Below are positions 28,302 through 37,873 of a stretch of 64,000 nucleotides of DNA, in pieces. How positions within the stretch are numbered: the first letter of the stretch is position 1; each line of letters begins with the position of its first letter. The notes beneath the pieces were generated by a model. It worked only from the letters and a program-made list of their open reading frames with translations, did no database searches and was not told where the DNA came from. Source of the stretch: Prevotella sp. GTDB taxonomy: Bacteria > Bacteroidota > Bacteroidia > Bacteroidales > Bacteroidaceae. The stretch lies in contig JAFTGI010000102.1 of NCBI GenBank assembly GCA_017458195.1, positions 13,556-77,555 on the forward strand, read 5' to 3'. The translations under genes were made by a program, and so were the position numbers.

Positions 28302-30074
28302 ATGATTAACGAATACCAATTACGCGTGTTGCCGCAGGTGGCTGCTCAGAGCGACAGCCTGCGCCGATACATCGCTGACGAGCAGGGACTGGCTTACGGC
28401 CAGATCAAGGGCGTGCGCATCCTGAAGCGCTCGATTGACGCCCGCCAGCGCACGATTTTCGTGAACCTGAAAGTGCGTGTCTACGTCGGCGAGGAGCCGC
28501 AGGACGACGAATTCGAGCCCATCGTGTATCGCGACGTGAGCGACCGTCCGCAGGTCATCGTCGTCGGTGCCGGCCCGGGCGGCCTGTTCGCCGCGCTGCG
28601 ACTGATTGAGCTGGGCTACAGGCCCGTCGTGCTGGAGCGCGGCAAGGACGTGCACGAGCGCAAGAAGGACCTGGCCAACATCACACGCACGCAGCAGGTG
28701 GCCCCCGAGAGCAACTACTGCTTCGGCGAGGGTGGGGCAGGGGCCTACTCCGACGGCAAGCTCTACACGAGAAGCAAGAAGCGTGGCAACACGGACAAGA
28801 TCCTGCGCGTGTTCTGTCAGCACGGGGCCTCGACCAACATCCTGGCCGACGCCCATCCGCACATCGGTACCGACCGTCTGCCGCAGGTCATCGAGGCCAT
28901 GCGCAATACTATAATAAGGTGTGGCGGCGAGGTGCACTTCCAGACGAAAATGACAAGGCTTATCATTGACCATTCACCATTGACCATTGACCATTCACCA
29001 TTGACCATTGACCATTCACCATTGACCATTGACCATTCACCATTGACCATTGACTATTATAGCGGAGCGAAGGTCATTGGCGTGCAGGCGCAGCAAATGT
29101 TCAATGTTCAATGTTCAATGTTCAATGAAAAAGAATTTCGCGGTCCCGTCATCCTGGCCACGGGCCATTCGGCGCGCGACGTCTACCGCTACCTCGCGGC
29201 GTCGGGCATTGAGATTGAGCCGAAGGGCATCGCCGTGGGCGTGCGACTGGAGCATCCGTCGGCCCTGATCGACCAGATTCAGTATCACCGCCGCGAGGGG
29301 CGCGGCCAGTGGCTGCCCGCCGCCGAATACTCGTTCGTCACTCAGGTGGAGGCCCGTGGCGTCTACTCGTTCTGCATGTGCCCCGGTGGCTTCGTCATTC
29401 CCGCCGCCACGGGCCCCGAGCAGATCGTGGTCAACGGCATGAGCCCCGCCAGCCGCGGCACGCAGTGGAGCAACTCGGGCATGGTGGTCGAGGTGAGGCC
29501 GGAAGACATTTTAAGTGAAAAGGGAAAAGTGAAAAGTGAAAAATTTGCTACTGCTGCAGAATCGTCCTGCGGAGCGGTAGCAAATTCTTCACTTTTCACT
29601 TTTCATTCTTCACTCCAAGTTCTGGCCTTCCAGGAGGAGCTGGAGCGCCTGTGCTGGCAGCAGGGCAACAGGAAGCAGACGGCCCCGGCACAGCGCATGG
29701 CCGACTTCGTCAACGGGCGGCTCAGCTTCGACCTGCCGCAGAGCTCCTATGCGCCCGGCCTCGTGTCGTCGCCGCTGCACTTCTGGTTGCCGAAGCCTAT
29801 CGTCACGCGCCTGCAGCAGGGCTTCAAGACGTTCGGCCGTCAGGCTCACGGCTTCCTGACCAACGAGGCGGTGATGATAGCCGTCGAGACGCGCACGTCG
29901 AGCCCCGTGCGCATCCTGCGCGACCCCGCGACGCTGCAGCACGTGCGCCTCGAGGGCCTGTTCCCCTGCGGCGAGGGGGCTGGCTATGCCGGCGGCATCG
30001 TCTCGGCCGGCGTCGACGGTGAGCGCTGCGCCGAAATGTGTGCGCAATACGTCAGTTCTCTGCAAGAACTGTGA
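28302..30074 (+). CDS. NAD(P)/FAD-dependent oxidoreductase with repeat insertions
   Basis: VVGAGPGG, FGEGGAGAYSDGKL, HPHIGTD, ATGHSARD, SFCMCPGG, GEGAGYAGGIVSA. Confidence 0.9.
   Translation: MINEYQLRVLPQVAAQSDSLRRYIADEQGLAYGQIKGVRILKRSIDARQRTIFVNLKVRVYVGEEPQDDEFEPIVYRDVSDRPQVIVVGAGPGGLFAALRLIELGYRPVVLERGKDVHERKKDLANITRTQQVAPESNYCFGEGGAGAYSDGKLYTRSKKRGNTDKILRVFCQHGASTNILADAHPHIGTDRLPQVIEAMRNTIIRCGGEVHFQTKMTRLIIDHSPLTIDHSPLTIDHSPLTIDHSPLTIDYYSGAKVIGVQAQQMFNVQCSMFNEKEFRGPVILATGHSARDVYRYLAASGIEIEPKGIAVGVRLEHPSALIDQIQYHRREGRGQWLPAAEYSFVTQVEARGVYSFCMCPGGFVIPAATGPEQIVVNGMSPASRGTQWSNSGMVVEVRPEDILSEKGKVKSEKFATAAESSCGAVANSSLFTFHSSLQVLAFQEELERLCWQQGNRKQTAPAQRMADFVNGRLSFDLPQSSYAPGLVSSPLHFWLPKPIVTRLQQGFKTFGRQAHGFLTNEAVMIAVETRTSSPVRILRDPATLQHVRLEGLFPCGEGAGYAGGIVSAGVDGERCAEMCAQYVSSLQEL
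28964..29127. repeat. 13 CATTGAC/CATTCAC heptamers plus a complementary AATGTTC arm, in-frame
   Basis: 28964-29054 is 13x7 nt with a 21-nt super-period (IDHSPLT x4); 29096-29127 is AATGTTC x4 plus AATG (MFNVQCSMFN). Confidence 0.95.
29513..29614. repeat. AAGTGAA/TTTCACT heptamer hairpin, in-frame
   Basis: Encodes SEKGKVKSEKFATAAESSCGAVANSSLFTFHSSL; inner stem AATTTGCTAC / GTAGCAAATT. Confidence 0.92.
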
Positions 30075-30089
30075 TGCCTTAAAAAACAG

Positions 30090-30147
30090 AAAACGGTGCT
30101 TTTTGAAGGTAATATACCCCTATATTACTTTCGAAAAGCACCGTTTT
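30090..30147. repeat. Solo hairpin matching the core of the 198-bp MITE; probable terminator
   Basis: AAAACGGTGCTTTTTGAAGGTAATATA-CCCC-TATATTACTTTCGAAAAGCACCGTTTT, 16 bp after the stop codon. Confidence 0.85.
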
Positions 30148-30316
30148 TCGTGTTTTGGATATACGAAGCAGGGGGCGGGAACGAACGCCAGAAAGGCCCC
30201 ATGTCGGAGGAATGAGTAAAAAACATGATGGAAAACATTGGCGTTTCGTATTTTTTTAGTATCTTTGCAGCAAATAAACATGGAGCCGCCTGTGCTCCAC
30301 ATAAATCTTTTGGACT

Positions 30317-30937
30317 ATGAATAAGGAGGAGAAATTTGTCATCACCATCAGCCGACAGTTCGGCACGGGTGGACACGAGATCGGAGCCGAGCTGGCACGC
30401 CGGCTCGACGTGAAGCTGCTCGATAAGCAGATTTTGAACGAGGTGGCCCGCAAGTTCTGCGCCGTCGAGGACGCCGTGGAGCGCATCGAGGCCCGCAACC
30501 CGCTGTGGCGCGACGACTTCACGCAGTTCTATCGCTCCTATATGGCCGGGGCGGAGTATAACGGACAGGAGCACGACCAGACGTCGCGCCAGCTCTTTGA
30601 GGCGCAGGCCGAGGCCATCCGTCGCATTGCCGACGAGGAGTCGTGCGTCATCATCGGCCGTTGTGGATTCCACATCTTCCGCGACCACCCCAACGCCCTG
30701 AAAATCTTCATCCATGCCGACGACGACTGCCGCAAGCGCCGCATAGCCACGCGCTACGACATCTCGGAGCCGGACGCCGCCGCCATGATCGTCGACAACG
30801 ACTACAGCCGCGAGCTCTACACGAAGACCTTCACGGGCAGCGACTGGCAGGACGCGCGCAACTACGACGTGACGCTCAACGTGCGCAAGTTTGGCGTTAA
30901 CGGTGCCGTCGACTTCCTGATGAAATGTATTGAATAA
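30317..30937 (+). CDS. Cytidylate kinase-like family protein
   Basis: VITISRQFGTGGHEIG, ESCVIIGRC, KIFIHA, NYD. Confidence 0.85.
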   Translation: MNKEEKFVITISRQFGTGGHEIGAELARRLDVKLLDKQILNEVARKFCAVEDAVERIEARNPLWRDDFTQFYRSYMAGAEYNGQEHDQTSRQLFEAQAEAIRRIADEESCVIIGRCGFHIFRDHPNALKIFIHADDDCRKRRIATRYDISEPDAAAMIVDNDYSRELYTKTFTGSDWQDARNYDVTLNVRKFGVNGAVDFLMKCIE

Positions 30938-31054
30938 ATTAGAAATGAGAAATTAGAAATGAGAAATGTAAATGAAAAATGCAGAAATGCTGCACAGCCC
31001 ATTTAATCATTTCTTCATTTACATTTCTCATTTCCCATTTCTCATTTCTCATTT
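30936..31054. repeat. Intergenic AAATGAG/CTCATTT heptamer hairpin
   Basis: AAATTAG AAATGAG AAATTAG AAATGAG ... CATTTCT CATTTCC CATTTCT CATTTCT CATTT. Confidence 0.9.
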
Positions 31055-31070
31055 GATAAAAAAAGAATAA

Positions 31071-31874
31071 ATGGCTTTCGGAAAATGGATTGGCGGCTAC
31101 CTGGGATGGAGCGCCGCCGGCCCCATCGGGGCACTCATCGGATTCCTCATCGGCGCCGTGATCGATGCGGTCAGCGGCGACGGGGCCACGCTCTCCCTCG
31201 GCTCCGGCGGCTTCACGTCGTCAGACGCGTCGGACGATGACTGGCAGCAGTCCCGCCAGCAGCAGGGCAACCGCAACAGCTTCCTGCTGTCGATGCTCGT
31301 GCTGTCATCATATATCATCAAGGCCGACGGCCGGATCATGCACTCCGAGATGGAACTGGTGCGCCAGATGCTGCGCCAGAACTTCGGCGACGTGGCTGCC
31401 GAGCAGGGCGACCAGATCCTGAAGCGCCTCTTTGAGGAGCAGAAGCAGATGGGCCTGTCGGCCTACCGCCAGAGCATCGCCGACAGCTGCCGTCAGATAG
31501 CCGCCCAGATGGACTATTCGCAGCGCCTGCAGCTCCTGTCGTTCCTCGTGATGATAGCCCAGGCCGACGGCAACGTGGCCGACGCTGAGGTCGTGGCCCT
31601 GCGCGAGGTGGCCCAGTGGATGTCGCTGCAGGTCAGTGAGGTCGACTCGATGCTCCACCTCAAGGGCGACTCTCTTGACGATGCCTACAAGGTGCTGGGC
31701 GTCAGTCCCGATGCCACCGACGACGAGCAGAAGAAGGCCTACCGCAAACTGGCCCTGGAGCACCATCCCGACCGCGTGGCCAAGCTGGGCGACGACGTCA
31801 GGCTGGCCGCCGAGAAGAAGTTTCAGGAGATCAACGCTGCCAAGGAGAAGATATGGAAGGCGCGCGGACTTTGA
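31071..31874 (+). CDS. djlA: DjlA-like co-chaperone (TerB plus J domain)
   Basis: N-terminal Gly-rich transmembrane segment, IKADG / AQADG TerB motifs, J domain AYKVLG...HHPD. Confidence 0.85.
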   Translation: MAFGKWIGGYLGWSAAGPIGALIGFLIGAVIDAVSGDGATLSLGSGGFTSSDASDDDWQQSRQQQGNRNSFLLSMLVLSSYIIKADGRIMHSEMELVRQMLRQNFGDVAAEQGDQILKRLFEEQKQMGLSAYRQSIADSCRQIAAQMDYSQRLQLLSFLVMIAQADGNVADAEVVALREVAQWMSLQVSEVDSMLHLKGDSLDDAYKVLGVSPDATDDEQKKAYRKLALEHHPDRVAKLGDDVRLAAEKKFQEINAAKEKIWKARGL

Positions 31875-32527
31875 TTCATTCGGGGGCACAGCTGTCGGCC
31901 CTCATCCAGGAGGTGGGCTTCCTGCCACTGCTGAGGAGCAGCGTCGGCGGGTTCTCGGCTGAGGAGGTGGTCGACGACGACTGCCGCTACGTCGTCTTCC
32001 CCGACGGCGGCTGGAACTGGCCCCTGTGGAAATGGAAAGGCCCCATCGTGGCCGAGGGCAACTGCCTCTACGGCAAGTTCTTCGACTCGAAGGCGGGCTT
32101 CATCAGTCGCGCGTGGTGGCCTGACTTCTGCAACTATCGTCGCAGCCGCAATCCCGCGCCGGCGGAGAACTCCATCGAGGATGTCATCCTGACCACGCTG
32201 GCCTCTGAAGGCAGCCTGATTACCCGCGAGCTGCGCGCCGCCTGCGGCTTCACCGGCCCGAAGATGCGCAGCCGCTTCGACGCCTACGTCACCCGTCTGC
32301 AGATGGCCTGCCGCATCGTCACCGAGGACTTTGTCTATCCGCAGGACCGCCATGGCCATGAGTACGGCTGGGGCTGGGCCCTGCTGACCACGCCCGAGGC
32401 CCTCCACGGCCGCGAGGCCTGTCGCTGCGCCCGCACGCCCGAGGAGTCGTATGCCCGCCTCCATGCCCATCTGCACCGCCTCCTGCCCGACGCCACCGAG
32501 CGGCAAATCACAAAGCTGCTGGGCTGA
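31853..32527 (+). CDS. Conserved hypothetical protein (AlkZ-like winged-helix family)
   Basis: GFLPLL, WKWKG, YGKFF..KAGFIS, YGWG motifs; family recalled from memory only. Confidence 0.55.
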   Translation: MEGARTLIHSGAQLSALIQEVGFLPLLRSSVGGFSAEEVVDDDCRYVVFPDGGWNWPLWKWKGPIVAEGNCLYGKFFDSKAGFISRAWWPDFCNYRRSRNPAPAENSIEDVILTTLASEGSLITRELRAACGFTGPKMRSRFDAYVTRLQMACRIVTEDFVYPQDRHGHEYGWGWALLTTPEALHGREACRCARTPEESYARLHAHLHRLLPDATERQITKLLG

Positions 32528-32552
32528 CGGCATGTGATAAATGTTGTTAAAT

Positions 32553-32607
32553 ATTGCACAGAAAAGAGTAAATGATACTGTTTTCTGTGCAATTTTTTAT
32601 AACTTTG
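32553..32607 (+). promoter_or_regulatory. Probable AbiEi operator (18-bp inverted repeat) and -7 promoter box
   Basis: ATTGCACAGAAAAGAGTA-5nt-TACTGTTTTCTGTGCAAT (17/18 match), then TAACTTTG at 32600-32607. Confidence 0.7.
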
Positions 32608-32628
32608 CGTCTTGAAATTGAATATATA

Positions 32629-33261
32629 ATGAAGACGAATCCACTCATTCAGTTTGGCAATGTGCCCATCACGACGGCTACGTTAGCCTCATGCCTGTCT
32701 GACGTAGCCTATCCGTTACAGAAAATCCAGTTGCTGGAGGCCGATGGACAGATTGTCCGCTTGAAACGCGGACTGTATGTCGTAGCCCATGCTTTGAGCA
32801 GGCGTCCCTATAGCCTGCCGCTTTGTGCCAACCACATCTACGGCCCTTCGTATGTATCGCTGCAATGGGCACTCAGACACTATGGACTGATTCCTGAACG
32901 GGTCTTCATGATTACATCGGTCACAACAAAGCGGTCGCGCTCCTTTTCCAATGCACTTGGCACTTTTTCCTATTATCAGGTCGGAGCAGGCTATTTCCCG
33001 ATAGGCATTCGCTCACAGGCCGAAGAAGGAGTAAACAGCCTGATTGCGACGCCCGAGAAAGCACTCTGCGACACGATATTGCATGACCGCTATGTGCCGC
33101 AGCAATCGATGAAGGGACTGATACAGTACCTGGAAGAAGACATCCGTTTCGACATGGATGCGCTGTCCGACTTTGATGTCAGTCAGGTGGAAGCCTGTGC
33201 CTCTATGGGGCGTAAGGAGAACATATTAACAAATCTTGTAAAACTAATAAAGAGACTATGA
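32629..33261 (+). CDS. Type IV toxin-antitoxin antitoxin, AbiEi-like
   Basis: IVRLKRGLY, PSYVSLQWAL.HYGLIPE, IATPEKALCD. Confidence 0.85.
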   Translation: MKTNPLIQFGNVPITTATLASCLSDVAYPLQKIQLLEADGQIVRLKRGLYVVAHALSRRPYSLPLCANHIYGPSYVSLQWALRHYGLIPERVFMITSVTTKRSRSFSNALGTFSYYQVGAGYFPIGIRSQAEEGVNSLIATPEKALCDTILHDRYVPQQSMKGLIQYLEEDIRFDMDALSDFDVSQVEACASMGRKENILTNLVKLIKRL

Positions 33262-34079
33262 CCATTTACGAACAAATGGTGGCCGAGTACACCGAACAGC
33301 AAGGTGAAATGGCCTACAACGTGGAGCAGGAGGTCATGCAGCAGATCGCTTTGGCAGGACTCTCCCGAGGCGGTTTTTTCCAGCATGCAGCCTTCTATGG
33401 CGGAACGTGCCTGCGTATTTTCCACCATCTGCCACGTTTTTCTGAAGACATGGACTTCTCGCTTGTCGAGAAGCGCGACGATATCCACATTGAAAACTAC
33501 TTCTCAGCTATCATTGAGGAGTTCCGTGCGGCAGGGCTTGAGGTGACTATCGTCAAAAAGGATAAAAAGATTTTCGGGCGTGTGGAGTCTGCTTTCCTCA
33601 AGGAGAACACCGAGGCATATGACATCAAGTTCCAGACAAAGAAGATGGTTAAGGTGAAGATTGAGCTCGACACCGACCCGCCGCTGGCATTCTCCACAGA
33701 GCAGAAAATGCTGACGCAGCCGTTCTCGTTTATGACGCGATGCTTCACGTTGCCTGATCTCTATGCCGGCAAGATGCATGCACTGGTCTACAGGGCATGG
33801 AGACAGCGCATCAAGGGACGCGACTGGTACGACTTTGAATGGTATGTGCGTCATAAGGTGCCCCTTGACTACCAACATCTGCAGGCACGCATCAAGGAAT
33901 TTAGCGGTGAGGACGTCGACCAGGAAACCTTCATGCGCCTACTGCGCGAGAAGCTGGCCAGCTGTAACATGAGTTTAGTAAAGCAAGACGTGCTGAGGTA
34001 CATACCCGACCCCCGCGAGCTCGACATCTGGTCGAACGACTATTTCCTGCTGCTGGCCGACCAGATTGTGTTTAAATGA
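33258..34079 (+). CDS. Type IV toxin-antitoxin toxin, AbiEii nucleotidyltransferase
   Basis: AFYGGTCLRIFH.LPRFSEDMDFS, AGKMHAL, KGRDWYD; ATGA coupling to AbiEi. Confidence 0.9.
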   Translation: MTIYEQMVAEYTEQQGEMAYNVEQEVMQQIALAGLSRGGFFQHAAFYGGTCLRIFHHLPRFSEDMDFSLVEKRDDIHIENYFSAIIEEFRAAGLEVTIVKKDKKIFGRVESAFLKENTEAYDIKFQTKKMVKVKIELDTDPPLAFSTEQKMLTQPFSFMTRCFTLPDLYAGKMHALVYRAWRQRIKGRDWYDFEWYVRHKVPLDYQHLQARIKEFSGEDVDQETFMRLLREKLASCNMSLVKQDVLRYIPDPRELDIWSNDYFLLLADQIVFK

Positions 34080-34100
34080 AATGAATAATAAGATATTGGT

Positions 34101-36650
34101 ATGAAACACAGAAGATTAGTGATTGCTGTGATGGGCCTGGTGCTCATGGCCGTGCTGACGGCCTGCACGTCGGCTGAGGGCGACGCTGAGGCGTATGTCG
34201 ACTTCCTCTATAAGTATATGCCGCTGCCCGATTCAACGGATTATTCGCGAGAGTTCTACGAGGAGAACGTGCGCCTCTCGCTGCAGGCGCGGGCGGAGAT
34301 GCCCTGGGGACGGACGGTGCCCGAGCGCGAGTTCCGCCACTTCGTAGTGCCCGTCCGCGTGAACAATGAGGCGCTCGACTCGGCCCGCTCGGTCTTCTAT
34401 CGTGAACTGAAGCCGCGCGTGGAGCACCTGTCGATGCAGGACGCCATTCTCGAGGTGAACCACTGGTGCCATGAGCACGTGACCTACCAGCCGACGGACG
34501 GGCGCACGCTCTCGCCGCTGGCCACGATGCGCACGGCCTACGGACGCTGCGGCGAGGAGTCGACCTTCCTCGTGGCGGCCCTGCGCTCGGTGGGCATCCC
34601 CGCCCGGCAGGTCTATACGCCCCGCTGGGCCCACACCGACGACAACCACGCCTGGGTCGAGGCCTGGGCCGACGGCCGGTGGTACTTCCTCGGTGCCTGC
34701 GAGCCCGAGCCTGTCCTGAACCTGGGGTGGTTCAACGAGAGTGCCTCGCGCGGCATGCTCATGCACACCAAGGTCTTCGGCGACTACGACGGTCCCGAGG
34801 AGGTGATGAGCCGCACGGCCTGCTACACCGAGATCAACGTCATCGACAACTATGCCCCCACGTCGCAAGTCACCGTTGTGGTGACCGATTCCGCCGGTCG
34901 CCCCCAGTCCGATGCCCTCGTTGAGTTTAAACTTTACAACTACGCCGAGTTCTACACTGTGGCAAAGAAAACGACCGACGCCCAGGGCCGCGCCAGTCTC
35001 ACCGCCGGCCATGGCGACATGCTCGTCTGGGTGACGAAGGACGGACAGATGGGCCTCCAGCAAGTCACCTTCGATGCTGATAAAGAAGTGACCGTACCTC
35101 TCACCTCTCACTTCTCACTTCTCACTTCTAAAGAATACGACCTCGTCCCACCGCCAGTCAGTGCCTCGGCCCCTGAGGTCACGGCTGAACAGCGTGCGGA
35201 GAACAACCGCCGGCTGGCGCTCGAGGACAGTCAGCGCTCGGCTTATGAGGCCACGATGCCCGACCAGATGCTGGCCATCGTCTACGGCGACCGCTCCTGG
35301 CGCGGCAACTACGCCACGCTGGAGACCTTCCGCTATGCCACTCTGGGCGACGTCATGGCTGACAGGCTGATTGACCAGCTGGCAGAGAAGGACCTGCACG
35401 ACGTCGACTACGACGTGCTGTGGGACAGCTACGCCAACCGCCAGGACAGCGACGACCCCATCTACCTGAAATATGTGCTCTGCCCCCGCATCGAGTTGGA
35501 GCGGCTGACGCCCTACAAGTCGACGCTGAGCATGCTGCTAGGCTTCATCAAGTCGCCCGAGGAGCTGGCTGCCTGGACGCGCGACAACATCACCATCGTC
35601 GCCGACCGCAATCCGCAGCGGTTGCGCATGAATCCCACCAGCGTGCTGCGCTACCGCCGCACCGACGCGCTGGGCCGCGACATCTTCTTCGTCGCAGCCG
35701 CCCGTTCGCTCGGCTTCCCCGCCCGCATCAACGAGGTAAACGGCAAGACGCAGTATTATAAGGATGGTCAGTGGGTGGATGCTCAGGCCCCCCTTTCTTG
35801 CGTCCCTACGGTAGCAAGCGACCAAAGGTCGAGCGCGTCCCCCGAGGGGGACACTATAGAAGCCCCCTCGGGGGCCGTAGGGGGGGCTTCTTCAACTCTC
35901 ACTTTGCGTTATAATCCCGTTCCACACTACGACGATCCGAAGTATTACATCCACTTCACGCTGAGCAAGATCGACGAGAACGGTCAGGCGCAGCTGATGA
36001 CCTTCCCCGAGGACGCCACATGGAAGAATACGTTTGCCCGCGGCGTGGAGCTTGAGAACGGCAACTATATCCTCACGACGGGCACGCGCCTGGCCAGCGG
36101 CAAGGTGCTGGCCCGCATACAGTCCTTCACCATCAATGGTCCTACGACGCTGACCTTCACCATGCGCGAGGACCCCGAGGAACCGCAGGTCATCGGCTCG
36201 CTCAACGCGGAAAATCTATTTATTCCCCTCTCCGATGGGAGAGAGGTTGGGGATGAGGCTTCTTCCATCCTTGCAACTACTGGTCGCGGCTTCTACGTGC
36301 TTGGCATCGTGGCGCCCAATCAGGAGCCGACGAACCATGCCCTGCGCGACATCTCGGCTTATAAGGAAGAACTGGAGAAGTGGGGGCGCCCGATGGTCTT
36401 GCTGTTCGAGAGTGCCGACGATGCCCAGCGATTTAACTTCGCCGAGTTCGCACAGTTGCCACAGACCGCAGTCTGGGGCGTCGATCCCGACGGCACCATC
36501 CTCAGCGAGGCCCGCACGGAGATGAAGCTCCCGTCGTCGTCGCTGCCCGTCTTCATGGTCTGCGACACGTTCAACCGCGTCATCTTCGTCTCGCAGGGCT
36601 ACACCATCAACCTTGGTGAACAGCTCATGAAGGTAGTGAGGCAGCTCTAA
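34101..36650 (+). CDS. Transglutaminase-like domain lipoprotein
   Basis: Lipobox LTAC; GRCGEES, RSVGIPARQV, NHAWVEAW. Confidence 0.85.
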   Translation: MKHRRLVIAVMGLVLMAVLTACTSAEGDAEAYVDFLYKYMPLPDSTDYSREFYEENVRLSLQARAEMPWGRTVPEREFRHFVVPVRVNNEALDSARSVFYRELKPRVEHLSMQDAILEVNHWCHEHVTYQPTDGRTLSPLATMRTAYGRCGEESTFLVAALRSVGIPARQVYTPRWAHTDDNHAWVEAWADGRWYFLGACEPEPVLNLGWFNESASRGMLMHTKVFGDYDGPEEVMSRTACYTEINVIDNYAPTSQVTVVVTDSAGRPQSDALVEFKLYNYAEFYTVAKKTTDAQGRASLTAGHGDMLVWVTKDGQMGLQQVTFDADKEVTVPLTSHFSLLTSKEYDLVPPPVSASAPEVTAEQRAENNRRLALEDSQRSAYEATMPDQMLAIVYGDRSWRGNYATLETFRYATLGDVMADRLIDQLAEKDLHDVDYDVLWDSYANRQDSDDPIYLKYVLCPRIELERLTPYKSTLSMLLGFIKSPEELAAWTRDNITIVADRNPQRLRMNPTSVLRYRRTDALGRDIFFVAAARSLGFPARINEVNGKTQYYKDGQWVDAQAPLSCVPTVASDQRSSASPEGDTIEAPSGAVGGASSTLTLRYNPVPHYDDPKYYIHFTLSKIDENGQAQLMTFPEDATWKNTFARGVELENGNYILTTGTRLASGKVLARIQSFTINGPTTLTFTMREDPEEPQVIGSLNAENLFIPLSDGREVGDEASSILATTGRGFYVLGIVAPNQEPTNHALRDISAYKEELEKWGRPMVLLFESADDAQRFNFAEFAQLPQTAVWGVDPDGTILSEARTEMKLPSSSLPVFMVCDTFNRVIFVSQGYTINLGEQLMKVVRQL
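35787..35888. repeat. GC-rich palindromic insertion in-frame
   Basis: CCCCCGAGGGGG...CCCCCTCGGGGG inside outer GCCCCCC...GGGGGGC; encodes APLSCVPTVASDQRSSASPEGDTIEAPSGAVGGA. Confidence 0.75.
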
Positions 36651-37205
36651 TCAGAGCCGCCTCACTACCCGGCAGGGATTGCCGACGGCGACGACGCCGG
36701 CGGGAATGTCGCTGACAACGACAGAGCCGGCGCCGATGGTGGTGCCGGAGCCGATGGTGACGCCGGGCAGGATGGTGACCGAGCCGCCAATCCAGACGTT
36801 GTCGCCAATTGTGACGGGGCGGGCCCACTCCTGGCGCGTGTTGCGCTCGACGGGGTCGGTCGAGTGACAGGCGGTGTAGATGCTCACGTTAGGCCCGATG
36901 AAGCAGTCGTCGCCGATGGTGACGGGCGCCTCGTCGAGCACGGTGAAGCCGAAGTTGGCAAAGAAGCGGCGGCCGACGCTGATCTGGCTGCCGTAGTCGC
37001 AGAGGAACGGCTGGTTGATGAAAATCTCGTCGTCGGCGATGTGGCCCAGCAGCCGTTTCAGCAGCATGAGGCGCTCCGCCTGCTGCGACGGTCGCAGCTG
37101 GTTATACTCATAGATGAGGTCCTTCGTGGCGTTCAGTTCGCGCAGCAGTTCCGGGTCGACGGCCGAATAGACCTCGCCGGCCAGCATCTTCTCTTTCTCA
37201 GTCAT
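36651..37205 (-). CDS. Sugar (maltose-type) O-acetyltransferase
   Basis: MTEKEKMLAG, PFLCDYG, hexapeptide repeats, VGNPCRV. Confidence 0.9.
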   Translation of the reverse strand: MTEKEKMLAGEVYSAVDPELLRELNATKDLIYEYNQLRPSQQAERLMLLKRLLGHIADDEIFINQPFLCDYGSQISVGRRFFANFGFTVLDEAPVTIGDDCFIGPNVSIYTACHSTDPVERNTRQEWARPVTIGDNVWIGGSVTILPGVTIGSGTTIGAGSVVVSDIPAGVVAVGNPCRVVRRL

Positions 37206-37873
37206 GATTCCAAAGATGATAATATTTGTCTGACGACGGCGGCGTCGGTCACGCCGGTGCCGCCGGAGCACGAGCCGTGGATCTCAGTGGTGCCCACCTG
37301 GTCGAGAATCAGGCGGGCATTATTTGTGTTCACGCCTCCGCCGGGCATGATGATGAGGCGCCCGTCGCTGAGGTCGCGCAGCTGCCGCAGCAGGGCGATG
37401 CCCTCCTCGGCGCGCGGCTGCTGGCCGGAGGTCAGGATGCGGCGGCAGCCCAGCGCGATGATCTGCTCAAGGGCCACGAGCGGCTGGCGACAGACGTCGA
37501 AGGCGCGATGGAACGTTACGGGCCTGTCCTCGGCCGCCTGCATCAGGCACGCCATGGCCGCCAGGTCGATGTCGCCCTCAGCGGTCAGTGTGCCCACGAC
37601 GATGCCGTCGGCGTAGGGCAGGGCAGCCCGGATGTCGCGCTCCATTAGGCGCACCTCCAGGCGGCTGTAAACAAAGTTCCCTTCACGTGGCCGCACCAGC
37701 ACGTGGATGGTCAGCGCGGGGTAGAGCTCGTGCACCAGACTGAGCAGTCCTATCGACGGTGTCAGTCCGTCGAGCGACAGCGCCGAGCATAGTTCTATGC
37801 GCTGTGCGCCGCCCTCCACGGCCGCTGCCACACTCTGCAGCGAACCGCAGCAAACTTCAAGTACATTCATCAT
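37202..37873 (-). CDS. cutC: Copper homeostasis protein CutC
   Basis: LEVC, RIELCSAL..DGLTPS, TFHRAFD, RILTSGQ, IMPGGGV. Confidence 0.93.
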   Translation of the reverse strand: MMNVLEVCCGSLQSVAAAVEGGAQRIELCSALSLDGLTPSIGLLSLVHELYPALTIHVLVRPREGNFVYSRLEVRLMERDIRAALPYADGIVVGTLTAEGDIDLAAMACLMQAAEDRPVTFHRAFDVCRQPLVALEQIIALGCRRILTSGQQPRAEEGIALLRQLRDLSDGRLIIMPGGGVNTNNARLILDQVGTTEIHGSCSGGTGVTDAAVVRQILSSLES

